DNA of 64,000 nucleotides from Hemiscyllium ocellatum (Eukaryota): positions 62,001 to 126,000 of the forward strand of contig NW_026867481.1 in assembly GCF_020745735.1 (NCBI RefSeq), in the 5' to 3' direction. A program made the translations under genes and the position numbers. This document shows, piece after piece, positions 1 to 10,999 of the stretch. A model generated the notes under the pieces. It was not told where the DNA came from. It did no database searches and was given only the letters and a program-made list of their open reading frames with translations. Positions within the stretch are counted from its first letter, which is position 1. Each line of letters opens with the position of its first letter.

Positions 1-228
1 GATGTGGGAGGGTGAACACAGATTGCAATTGCGCTTCTTTTCGAGTAATACAAAATTGCAATCGTTGCGCATTCTCTTAAGGACCGACTGCAGTCAATTA
101 TCAGAGCTGCCAATAGGCTTTCTATCCCTTTGTTACTGGCACTAACTTTCCATAAATTTCTGTACCAGGTGATAACGCGACCAGTATACTCTGAACTCAT
201 CTCGTGGAAAAGAACGAGAATGAGAGAT

Positions 229-2700
229 TTATGCCACTCTGCGTTTAAAGAAATTGGTGACGGCAGCGAAGGGGTACATCAACAAGCTCATTAACTCCTT
301 TCGAAACAAATTCTGTGATATTGCATAAATGAAGACGTTGTTGCAGGAACTGAATAACTGAAGTGTGTTGGTCGTCTCTTGGAAGATATACTGTGGGTCA
401 CTGAAATCTAATCCACCGAAGTAGCTCTCTGCTTGAAGCCGCATGTAGATGAAATGTCCGACAAGAGGGGCCCACAGGAGGAGGAAGCTGAGAGAGATGG
501 CGAACAGTAGGATGATGGATCTCTTGCGGTGGGCCATCTCCGGGTCTTGTTGCTTCTCTGCACCCCGGAGCCTCCTACGGGCTCTGTTGGCCACCATGAT
601 CTGTCTTATGGTCAGTACGTTCAGTATCGGAATAACGAAAAATGGGAGAAAAGGGGTATAAATCTGAAAGAGCCAATCATAAGCCTGCCAAGCTGGCCAG
701 ACGTAGAAGTTGGCTTTGATGTTGCAAAACCACGATACCCCATCTAAGATGTATAAGGGTTCGTAGATAAAGTAGAATGGAATGTTCTTGACGCAGCACA
801 GAGCATATACAATTCCAATGACTAGAGAAGCAGTTTCCTCTGTACAGTATCTGGTCTTCAACTTCTGGCAGCAGATGGCCACGAAACGGTCGATGGTAAA
901 GGCGACTGTTAGCCAGACCGAACAATCCCGCGTAGCATAGACCAGTACGACGCTGAGAGTGCACACAGGAGTGGTTGACAAGATACTTTCCCGAAAATAG
1001 ATGCGGCTGATTCGATTGAGGATTACTGCTGTGATGATGACAAAGAAATCAGTCACTGCGATAGCCACCAGGTAAAAGGTGATGCATCGGGAGAGATTGC
1101 ACCGTCTTCGAGATAGAATTATGATTGCCAACAAATTGGCTGTGAGAGATCAAAAGAGGAAGATATCACTGAAGTTAATCAAAACACTGTCTGCTGCCTT
1201 TTTCAATCTTTTATGTAACAGCTTTAAAACACCGGTTTTCCACTTTCAGTCTCTGCCTGTCCTAAAACCATTGACAAGCATTGGACATTCAATACAGCAT
1301 CATATATCTCTCAATGTGAATTGTCCCAGTAATAGATATTGTTCGCTCGTTACTGAGTAAACTCCAGTAGCTACTATCCAATTCAAGATAAATGGAATAT
1401 TGAGGTCCTGATGAACGTATTCATACCAAACCCCGGATACGCTTCAACCCATAAATGTTTCCTCACGTTGGATTTTCACTGGTGGTGTCCCACCCATTAC
1501 AATTCTCATCATTTGAATCTTCAGAAGCTCCAGAGTCTTGATGCGTCCATTCCCGCAATCACACACAACTCTTTGTAATCACAAATTAACTTTGTTTGTG
1601 TCTCCCGTCTATGCCTCAAAATGGTATTTCTAACTGTGTCAGTTATAGGTTTAAATAATAAAGCTCTAAACTCTGGAATTATTTCCGCAGATCTTCGCTT
1701 CTACTCCCTTCGTTCAGAGTTCCTTTGATCGACACATTTTGCAATTTCTCGTATCTCACTAAATTGCATTAATTTATTCAAGCTGTTCTAGTGTTTGCTA
1801 TGGGCGATGTTATGGCTCGAGATGATGTGTACTTTCTAATACTTGTGAAGAATGTTGTTTTGGCTAAGTATTCCAAAAACTTATCGAGAGCATACGAATC
1901 TTTGCAACAGAGAAGCAAATTAATGACAGTTTGGAAATCTTGCATCTTCACTGACGCCTTTTACACTAAACTTCAGTTAATTCCGACGATCACATTAACA
2001 AAGACTCCATTCCCTATGAAAAATAAATCATAGACAGAGATTGCAATAAGCCCATGCAGAAAGGCATTGTACCACATCATGGTCAAAAATTAAAGACTGG
2101 ACTACAACGCTGAAAAGCTTTTACTGTTTTGAAGTGGAACTTAAAATGCATCAGTATTACAGTTTAATGTTCATGCATTAAGGAGGACGCATCACAGAAG
2201 CGCTTTACAGGAGGCTCCCAAGCACTGAGGATGTCACCGAGACAGGGGACGAAACGTCTGCAACACAAATTCCCAGCACCGCGAACAGAACCACAACAAT
2301 AAGCAACCGAGCTACAAATCTTCTCCCAAAGTTCATGCATATTCATTCATCCCAGTTCGTAGTTCAACAGACAATAAGCCATTTTTCTATGAATACACAT
2401 CATGGAAAGTTCAGGAACGTATTTTTCATTCATACTTAAGAAATTGTCAGTACTGAACGATGATGTGACACAGCACAGATAGTATCCCGCCATACGCACT
2501 GAACATCATTTGATATCTATTAATGTTGCATGTTGGACAAGTTCAGCTATATCCTGAATGGGAAAGGAATGCATTTCATTAAACACAGAATAAAAACAAT
2601 ATATACTTTTCATGTAAATCAGTGACTTACCAGGGGCGCCAATAGCAGCGAGAATTGAATAGGAAACGAGGAAGAAGGGGGAAATGACTGGTGCGTGCAT
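229..2700 (-). CDS. GPR139/GPR142-like class A GPCR, copy A1; exons 2631-2700 and 229-1139; 326 aa
   Basis: The 301-aa ORF has 7TM motifs: TM2 AVTD, TM3 C...DRFVAIC, ECL2 WFC, TM5 PFLP, TM6 FLLLW, TM7 NNVFIY. Exon 1 (MHAPVISPFFLVSYSILAAIGAP+G) ends at a GTAAGT donor. The acceptor tcacag at 1142-1140 gives in-frame P-A-N-L-L. Family assignment is from motif recall, not a database search. Confidence 0.92.
2195..2300 (+). mobile_element. Penelope-like terminal fragment with minimal hammerhead-ribozyme motif, in GPCR-A1 intron (duplicate ~34520-34625)
   Basis: gca-CTGAGGA-t-GTCACC-gagaca-GGGGAC-GAAAC-GTC-tgc at 2222-2261. Confidence 0.65.
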
Positions 2701-4039
2701 CGTCGTTCAGAAACTGCAGGAGTTCTGGTCGCTGTGGAGGTTTGCTCTGCGACACATTTAAGTGCAACCTCATTCATTCGGATTGATAATCTCCAGGGGG
2801 CCAATTAAATTACAAGATGAATCTTGCTGACAATTCCATGCACAATGAGATGACCTCACTCCTTTTTGCCTTTCAACAAAGTGGACGATTTCAATTCACT
2901 TTGGGACAGGCTTGTAATAATTTTAGTGGTTCGTCTGTTCTGGGCTGGGCCAGACAACTCAAAGCATTCGAATGCAGAAAGCCCAGGCCATACCTTTCCT
3001 ATTTGTTTCGGTATATGTACAATGAAAATTCAACGGAGTAACTGAGCTAGGTAGACTGCTAGGTTTTAAAACGGACAAAAATTAGTTCACAAAATTGCAG
3101 TTTGAAACATGAAGAACAGAATACAGAATTACTCATAAAATCTAGACTATCCAACTAGGCTTAATTATGCTTTTCTGAAAATGCACAACAGTCATAATAA
3201 ACAAACGCCTTAAACACGGAGTAAAAATGACATAGAGGCTTAATGATCGAAGGTGAAGTGCAGAAGTAGAGAGATAAATTCCAGTCTCAATTGACTGACT
3301 AGAGCGGCCTTTATTCACACACACCACTGCTGAACTGAACTGCACAGCTGGATAGCTGGCCACACTCCCCTGACTGTACAGGTTACTTCTAAATCAGAAA
3401 GGCTTTGCAGTGAAGACCAATTTGTTTACAGATCAGCAAAAATGCCTCCCAACACATTTTTTTTATCTCCCTATCAACCCAGCCGATTCAGTGTCTGGGC
3501 TTTTTACACAACCCCTTCAAAATTAAGTCAAGGACACATTATCCTTGAGAAAAGGAACAGCTTTTAGAAAAATAAACAGTTTTGTATCTCCTTCCATCTT
3601 AAAAAAATACCATTATTTAAAGATGGCTTAATTCTTAAAGCACCGAGAAAAAAAAAGTGTTTTCTCGGGTAAATCATGCATGTAAACTACACTGACTGTA
3701 TATGTGTATATATAAAAATATATATATGCACAACCACATTTGAATTCAGGCCGTGGCATATCCACCACCAAATGTTTCCATATGTTATTCGAGTCTCAAC
3801 AACGTATTGGCAAACTGCTGCAGGAACAATTGTCAAATTGAATGGCTGTAACACCAAGCTCGAACTGAACAGTCTGGTTTTTTTTTGTCCTGAAATTTCT
3901 CCACAAATGTCAACGGGTTATGATCACTGTACACGATTGTCAGATGCGTTGCTGTTTATATAAACACTGAAATGTTTCAATGCCAATTCCAAGATCAAAT
4001 TCTCTTTCTCAGCTGTTGAATATTTTTGTTAATGAACAT

Positions 4040-6440
4040 TTACGCTTTAAGAGACATACCTAATTAATCTTTGTTTCCTCTCATTATCATCCTGCAGTGG
4101 TATCGCACTGACACCCACACCACTGGCTTCAAAAGCCGCCTTGAACGATTTCGTGTAATCAGCTGTGGCGAATAGTGGGGCAGTGGGTGACACAGTTTTT
4201 AGGCAGCCAAATGTCTTTAGACAGTCTGTTTTCCACTGAAACATCTTGCCCTTTTTTGGAACAATTCAGTGAGTGTAGCCGTCACACTTCTAACATTCGG
4301 CAAAAAGTTTCTGTTTTGTCCACTCAATTCCAGGAACCTTGGTAATGCTCTTTTCCTCGATGGTGGGGGAAATTCCCAATTACTTTCTTTTTCACACTCC
4401 GTGGGGCAATTTGCTCATGTCTAATAACGTGGCCCAAGAACGTGGCTTGGGCTTTGACAACTTGTCTTTTAGCTTGGTTTACCATGAAACCTGCCTGCTG
4501 ATGTCGATCGAACAAGTCCAATAAATGCTGCAAATGTTCCTTCTACGAGTGACTAAAAATCGCCATGTCATCAATGTACACCACACATATGAGTAATTCG
4601 GAAATGGCCTTATTAGTCAGTTTCTGAAATTTGGCTGGAGCATTTTCCATACCAAATGGCATGAGTTTAAACTGATATATCCATCTGGCATGACGAAAGC
4701 TAAAATTGCCTTTGGGTTTCTGACAAAGGTACCTGCCAGTAGCCTCTGAGAAAGTCCAACTTAGAAATGTAAGTTACTTGTCCCACCTTCTCGACACAGT
4801 CCTCAACTGCGGAATTGGATATGCATCCGTCTTCGTAACGACATTGATTTTGCACTACTCCATATATAACCATTGAGTACCATCTGGCTTTGGCACCGTG
4901 GCTCTGGGTGAGCTCCAGTTACTGTAAAACTCACTTCGATTGTGTCATTCTTCTAAACCTGTGCCAACTTTAGATATTTACGCAGATCAGGATTTTGCTA
5001 AATCGGAACAACATCTCTTGGACCTGTCTCTTGCACGATTAGGATAGTATTTCCCAGTCTATTCCTATGATAATTATATCTCCTTCAGGTCATTCAGATT
5101 TTCTTGCGGAAGGTAGCTAAATAATGTATCCCAATTTTTGACAACTTCCTCATCGTCCAATTTGATTTGAGGAATGTCTAATTCAGAGAAATTAACTTCG
5201 TTTTTCCTTCTTGGTTGTAATCATTAACACCATCTCCTGTTCATTTCCTTCCCTGTCAAAACACCTTTTGAGCATATTCACATGACTCACATTGCGAAAT
5301 TTCATCCTGTCTAGAGTTTTTATCAAGTAGTTCACCTCACTCAATTTCTTCTCTGTTTGATACAGTTGACGAAACCTTCCTGTTAAAGGTTCACCTATTA
5401 CTGGAATTAACACTAATACCTTATCCCCAATGGCAAAATTGCGAACTTTGATATATTGTCCACTTTCTGCTCTGTTGTATGCTGCGATATTTTTAAATGC
5501 TGTTTAGCCATCTCCCCAGCTCTTTTCTCTTGTTCTTAAAATTGGACACATCATCCAAATGTGTGGTCTCTGAATTCTGATTAACTGTCCTATTGCTTCA
5601 TGCCCCACAAATACTTCAAATGCACTGCATTTGGTCGATACTTTTGGTGCATCTCTGACCATGAAAAGCACAAGCGATCCCAATCATCTGGATAATCCTG
5701 ACTATAAGCCCTCAATATGGTATTTAATATTTGATTCCATCTTTCTAGCACCCCCTGCGATTCTGGATGGGAAGCAGTAGATTTAGATTGTTTTATGCCA
5801 AGCTATCCAAAAAATGCATGAATATTTTGGACGTGAATTTTGACCCTTAATCTGACTGTATCTATTGGTTGTCTGTATCTAATTATCAAAAGAAGATTTA
5901 ATTCTTCTCCAAGTCTTCTGGCTGTGATATTGTGCAATTTGACGACTTCAGGAAATCCAGTCGATGCATCCATTATTGTTATTCAACATTGCTTCACACT
6001 TTTTGTTTGAGGTAGGGGACATCTGAAATCATTTAAGACTCTCATGAACGGTTCCTCAAATACTGGAATTGGTATTAGTGATGCAGGTTTTATTATTGCC
6101 TGGGATTTTCCGATTAGCTGATACATATGCCACGCCTAGTACAATACAACTGCATCGACCAGGCCAGTAAAAATGTCTTTGTAATTTACTTATTCTGCAT
6201 TTTCCTCTCTCTTTAGTGACCTCCAACTCGCAGCTCATGTGCCATTCGTAGCACCTCTTCCTATATTCAACTGCCAATACAATTTGAAGATACTGCAGCA
6301 CTGGATTTTTGTAGCGAACTCTGCCTTTGTTGCAGCTTCTGTTTTCACTTTCAGTTGTAAAGCAAGGAATTAAAAAAAAGAAGCCTAAATAGTGGATGCC
6401 TGCTTTAATTGTCCTGAATATTCCCTGAAACATCGGCACC
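4040..6440 (-). mobile_element. Decayed Ty3/Gypsy LTR-retrotransposon pol fragment, Gmr1-like (INT-RT-RNaseH order)
   Basis: Integrase motifs: AHELRVGGH...FYWP, PIPVFEEPF, HPESQGVLERW, HVNMLKR. These are followed by RT (DAYPI, MPFGM, YIDD) and RNase H (DYTKSFKAA.EAS). Many stops and frameshifts; no LTR recognised. Confidence 0.85.
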
Positions 6441-6912
6441 TGCCAGTCACAGAAGGAGGATTTCAGTCTCTAGCAACACTACTGTCCCTGAACTGAGGGA
6501 TTCGGTTAATCACACTACCCTAAACTCCCAGAAACGTTGCATATATGCACATTTCGAAAACAGCCAAATACCCTTTGACAATGAAATTTAATCTGCTCCA
6601 GCTCTCTATCAAGTAGTTTAAATCATTGCAAAATTACCTTCTTCACAGATAAACAATCGTCAAATGCCTTCTGAATAGTGTTCAGCATTTGGTACAAATT
6701 TTGGAAGTGGCAATATGCAGATTGTCCTTCCAGACAGTGGGACCACCAGTTTGGAACATTTGTGACTCCATGTCTCTAATGATATAATTGTGAGGCTTTT
6801 CTACAATGAGTTTAAAAGTGTTAGAGTATGGCAGCGTGATTATGAGAGAATGTATGTGAAGATGAGAGCTGGTCTGAGAATGAATTTTACAGTGAGAGAA
6901 CGAGCGTGAATG

Positions 6913-7150
6913 AAAGAGAATTTGTGACTGTGAAATGAAGAGAGTGTGCATATACGTGTGAATGAGTGTGTGTGCATGTACGTGGGAATGAGTGTGAGCT
7001 TTTCCGAGAGTAAATTAAACTCGAAGGATATGAGAAAGAGAATTTGTGAGTGTGAAATAAAGAGAATGTGCATATACGTGTGAATGTGTGTGTGTGCATG
7101 TACGTGTAAATGAGTGTGAGCTTTTCCGAGAACAAATTTATCTGAGAGAA
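6913..7150. repeat. ~122-bp tandem duplication in a GA/GT-rich tract
   Basis: aaagagaatttgtga occurs at ~6913 and ~7035; unit 2 has a single copy (~39200-39300). Confidence 0.8.
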
Positions 7151-8199
7151 TGTGAGGAAGTGACATTGCATCTAAGTATGAGTGAGAGTTTGAGAATGAG
7201 TTTAACAGTGTCAGAAAGAATGAATGCATTCTTTCTCCACGCTTGCTGATGGATCTCTGAATTCATACTGGTGAGTGACGGATCGCCTAATCTGATCATT
7301 GGAAGGTGTTTTCTAGATTAACCTGACTGTGTGCACATTAACTGGCTAACAACAACAATCGATCTTTTAAATATCGTGTTCAAAATAACAGTTGAAAAGA
7401 AAACCTACTTAAAAAGATGACACAAAAACATTAGACTGGAGATAGACCGTTCACCTTCTCCCACTGTGGGAGAAAGTCTACCCTGTCGTCAAATTTACTT
7501 AGACGTCAGCGAGTTCATCAGTGATGGAAACGTTATTATTACATGTAGCCACATTCAGTATTGAAAAAAAAATGTTTCTGGGTGCAGGGAAATTTACTCC
7601 GACTTACTGCCATGTTCAGATAATCGGATTGCGGATGTTTTCCCTCAATGGAATTCCGTATTTTGTTCCCCTTATTTTGAGCAGACGATTAAAGTAGTTT
7701 TTTCGGCAAAGATATGAAACAGACGGTTCCACAACTCGTGATGTATCAATCAAACATCCTCAGCCATAATTAATGTATTCAAAGCTTATATTCAATTACT
7801 TATCAACAGGAAATTCACACTGGATTGAGCAGAACGTCTTCAAAGTAACGTAATTTTCATATAGAAGTGGAACAGTGAATCCACATCTGGAAGGGTCTTT
7901 GGCAATTGACAGTTTGTTAAATGTCAACATGTGTCATCCAAGCCCCTTAGAATTCATTTTTACTTCAATCAAACCATCAGATAAATTCGCCATATAATCA
8001 GCCCAGAACATCCATTTGCTGAGGAGAGAGATGAGTATGAAATTCAAAGACAAACATATTAGTCATGATTTTATTTAATGCAGGAAAAGTAGGGTTTCGT
8101 TCCACTCCTATTTTATGTGTTTCCGTGTATATAAGGGAATTAGGCAATGGGCAAATCCAATTTTCTACCTCCAACATCATAAATTAAAAAGCATAAACA

Positions 8200-9400
8200 A
8201 ATGAACAGTTAATGGTGTTCTTGCACCTGACCAAGAGTTTAGAATTTAAGGAGTTGTTGAAAATTAGTTGCATTCATGAAGTCTATGCAGGTAGCCATTC
8301 GCCGCTGAAAAAAATCAAAGATATTATTTCCCTAAATATTTGCTTGTGACGCATGTAACCTGTTCAGGATTTAAGGTTGTGACATAGAGTGAACTTGTGA
8401 TGGATTTGAGGAGAATAAGAATGAAAAGGCATTGCTGGGCTCATGGAACGTGTTGATCATTCTAATTATTCCAAAGTCTTACACATCCAAAATGCCCGTG
8501 GTCGTAGAAGATAATTTGCGTGATTGGAGGCCATTTTTTTACGTCAGGGTTCAGTGCTGTGTTCCTTATTGGTCGTTGCATATACGATCTGTTTTAATGA
8601 ATATGTGGCAGGAGAGTGGGGTGGAGGACAAGGTAACAATGTTTGCAATGACTGAAAACTTAGCCGGGTGATTGACAGCAAGGATGACTTTCGTCAGCTA
8701 CAGGCGGTTGTAAACAGTTTAGTAATGTGGCAGATCAGTAGCAGATGGAATTTAATCATGATAATAGTGAAGTGATGCATTTCAAAAGAAGCAAAAAAAG
8801 GAGTATTAAATGAATTCTAACAAACTACGAAAGTCAGAGGAAGTAAGATATTGTGGGGTCCTTGTGAACAGATCGCTGAAGGTGTCTGGGAATGTTTTTG
8901 CGACTGTTTAACATGCAGAGAGGGCTCTTGCTATTATCAGTGGAGGTATATATTAAACCGCAGTGAGGATTTATTGAAGATGCACAGGACTTTGGTTAGG
9001 TCACAACTGAGGTTTTGTGTATACTTCTTGTCTCTATCAGAATTATATGATTGCATTCGAGGTGGAGTAGAGGTGGTATAACATTTCGGCGACACAGATA
9101 GAATGGATATAAAGCAGCTATTCGTCGTCGTTGGAGAATCAGCAGGAATGGAGCATAATTTAAAAATGGAAGGCAAGAGGGTTAGAGGGGATTTGCGCTG
9201 AGAAGAAATTACCCAGAGAGTGGCTGGCTGAAACACATTGCCTGGGTTGAGGTAGGTAAATTCACATCTTCCAAAATGACTTCGATGAGGGATGGGTTTC
9301 GTGCTGCAATGCATAGAATTCGTGTAGTTTTAGTGGTACAGACCTGATGGGATGAAAACCCTATTCTGAAATATATGGTTCAATGATCTTGTTTTCTTGG
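8200..9400 (+). mobile_element. Highly decayed CR1 3' remnant (duplicate ~40340-41500)
   Basis: LKMHRTLVRSQLRFCVYF resembles the CR1 L..Y..LVRP.LEYCVQF motif. Confidence 0.65.
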
Positions 9401-9679
9401 AGTTATGGTGGTAAGTGGATAAAGACGCCGTGCTGATCTTGACCCGGAGGGACAGGTTAACAGTATGATAGATTCAGTCATCTCTCTCCCCGGCAATTGG
9501 TTCTCTCAGGCGTTTCTTCAGAAAAACCTTTGACAATTTGCTTCCAGTTTGCGCTGGTTTCCTGGCGGCCGTGCCGTTGAGCGCTCAACACTGCACTTCG
9601 CTCTGTGGTTGCATTTAATTTTGTGATTCTGAGCAAACCGAGCAATCGCTAACCGAAAGACCCTCAAATACTGTTCAAT

Positions 9680-9722
9680 CGTTTTTAAACAAAGTTCAGA
9701 TTGCATTTTTGTTTTTACTGTG
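9680..9722 (-). other. Defective RSS of V1a: CACAGTA, 27-bp spacer, TTAAAAACG
   Basis: The heptamer at 9722-9716 abuts the V end. The nonamer-like word is at 9688-9680 and the spacer counts to 27. Confidence 0.65.
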
Positions 9723-10138
9723 CGGCTGAGAGCATACAATATATAGCAGTGTCAGTCAGCTGCAGCCCCAAAATGGTCAAACTGGTGAGCTTTATTCCAT
9801 GTTGGAGCTCTGCCGAGAAACGGTCTCTGGAATGGGCTCCTTTCCCTTGTTCTGTATTCCAAGACCGTCTCCACACAATAAACTGAAGTTTGCTTTCTGT
9901 TGGACTGTAGGTACATCTCATAGTCACCGATTCACCCACTTTCCTGCTCTCAGAAAGCTGAGCCTGAGTGACGGAATTACCATCACTGAGATCTGAATCA
10001 TGTTCAGAAAGAAGAAAGCAGCATTTTAAAAATATAAGTCGAATAACGACGTGCTTCTACTTTGTTGAAGACACAATTGGACTATTTCTCACCTGCAATG
10101 AACATTGCGAATAGAAGGCAGGTGCTGAATATCCGCAT
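9723..10138 (-). pseudogene. TCR alpha/delta-like V segment V1a (leader exon 10093-10138; V exon 9723-9992)
   Basis: The 46-nt leader is MRIFSTCLLFAMFIA+G with a GTGAG donor and gattcag acceptor. The V exon reads DLSDGNSVTQ...ESVTMRCTYS...RFSAELQ...SLTILGLQLTDTAIYC. A 39-bp deletion relative to V1b removes the conserved Trp/FR2, and the YYC motif is damaged. Confidence 0.88.
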
Positions 10139-10999
10139 GGCTGCTGCCGACTGACACTGTCGGTTTCTTTAAAAGCTCAAACTCGGACAGGAAGACAGAG
10201 CATGAGAGGCTCCGATTGGCAGAATGCCGGTTACTAATGTAATGGTTCCATTAAAATAGTGTAATCTCAGAGATAGAAACCAGAAAAAAAAAGTTGAGAT
10301 TCAAGTTAGATCCAGGTCACCTGCAGTTGTTTCCAATTGTTCAATCTCTCTGATTGTGGAGAGTTGTGACAAGGGATTTGCTAATCATCTCTTAAAGTGA
10401 AAATAGCAGCACAAATACAACAAACGGCCAATAATTCTTAAAATGGAAATTGGGAATAGAAATACGAAAGGATTTTTTTCAGGAATGTCCCTATTTCACA
10501 AAACTATGCTGGATAAAGTAACTACTGTGAGGCAGAGTTTCAACTCAATGATGAAACTCCGCTCTTAGCTCCATGAACACAATTCAGGTCACTGCATGGA
10601 CAAAACACGGAATGGTAGAACGTAGAAGAACACAGTTATCATCAGATGGGTTGGAATTCATCTTCACTCGTTTCACAAGAAACGTCTTGTGGAGGAGGGA
10701 TGGGAAACTATCACAAAGCTAGTCACATCATTTTTCTGAAAGATGTTTCTTGGCTCAAGGACGCTCTGTCCTTGATTGTTTTTTCCAGATAAACCAGGCC
10801 GGGCTCCAATCAGTCTGGTTTGTACCAGAAAGAGGTTTTGAGAGGCCGTTAATTTATATGTAAACAGATGAGAGTTCAGGCTAAAGTGGTCGTGTTTTAG
10901 AAGTGGCCTGTAGGATGAAAGCGGAGTGGTCAGCTCTCTTGCTGAGCAGTTTAGTTCAGTCCTGAACTGGTGAGCATTTCAGCAGAGAGCTGTGTGCAA

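Noticed and set aside
1-228. WYR and LYY words in the minus frame 3' of GPCR-A1
   Set aside because: Spacing is too short for an Ig domain, the A2 copy has a stop and a frameshift, and there is no RSS.
449-1360. Short ORFs overlapping GPCR-A (449-661, 529-747, 677-964, 1079-1360) and their copies near 32760-33686
   Set aside because: These are antisense or alternative-frame shadows of a GC-richer CDS. They recur only because the region is duplicated.
7456-7474. Perfect palindrome TTCTCCCAC-T-GTGGGAGAA centred on CACTGTG
   Set aside because: There is no nonamer at 12 or 23 bp and no V/D/J-like neighbour, and the palindrome is shortened in unit 2.
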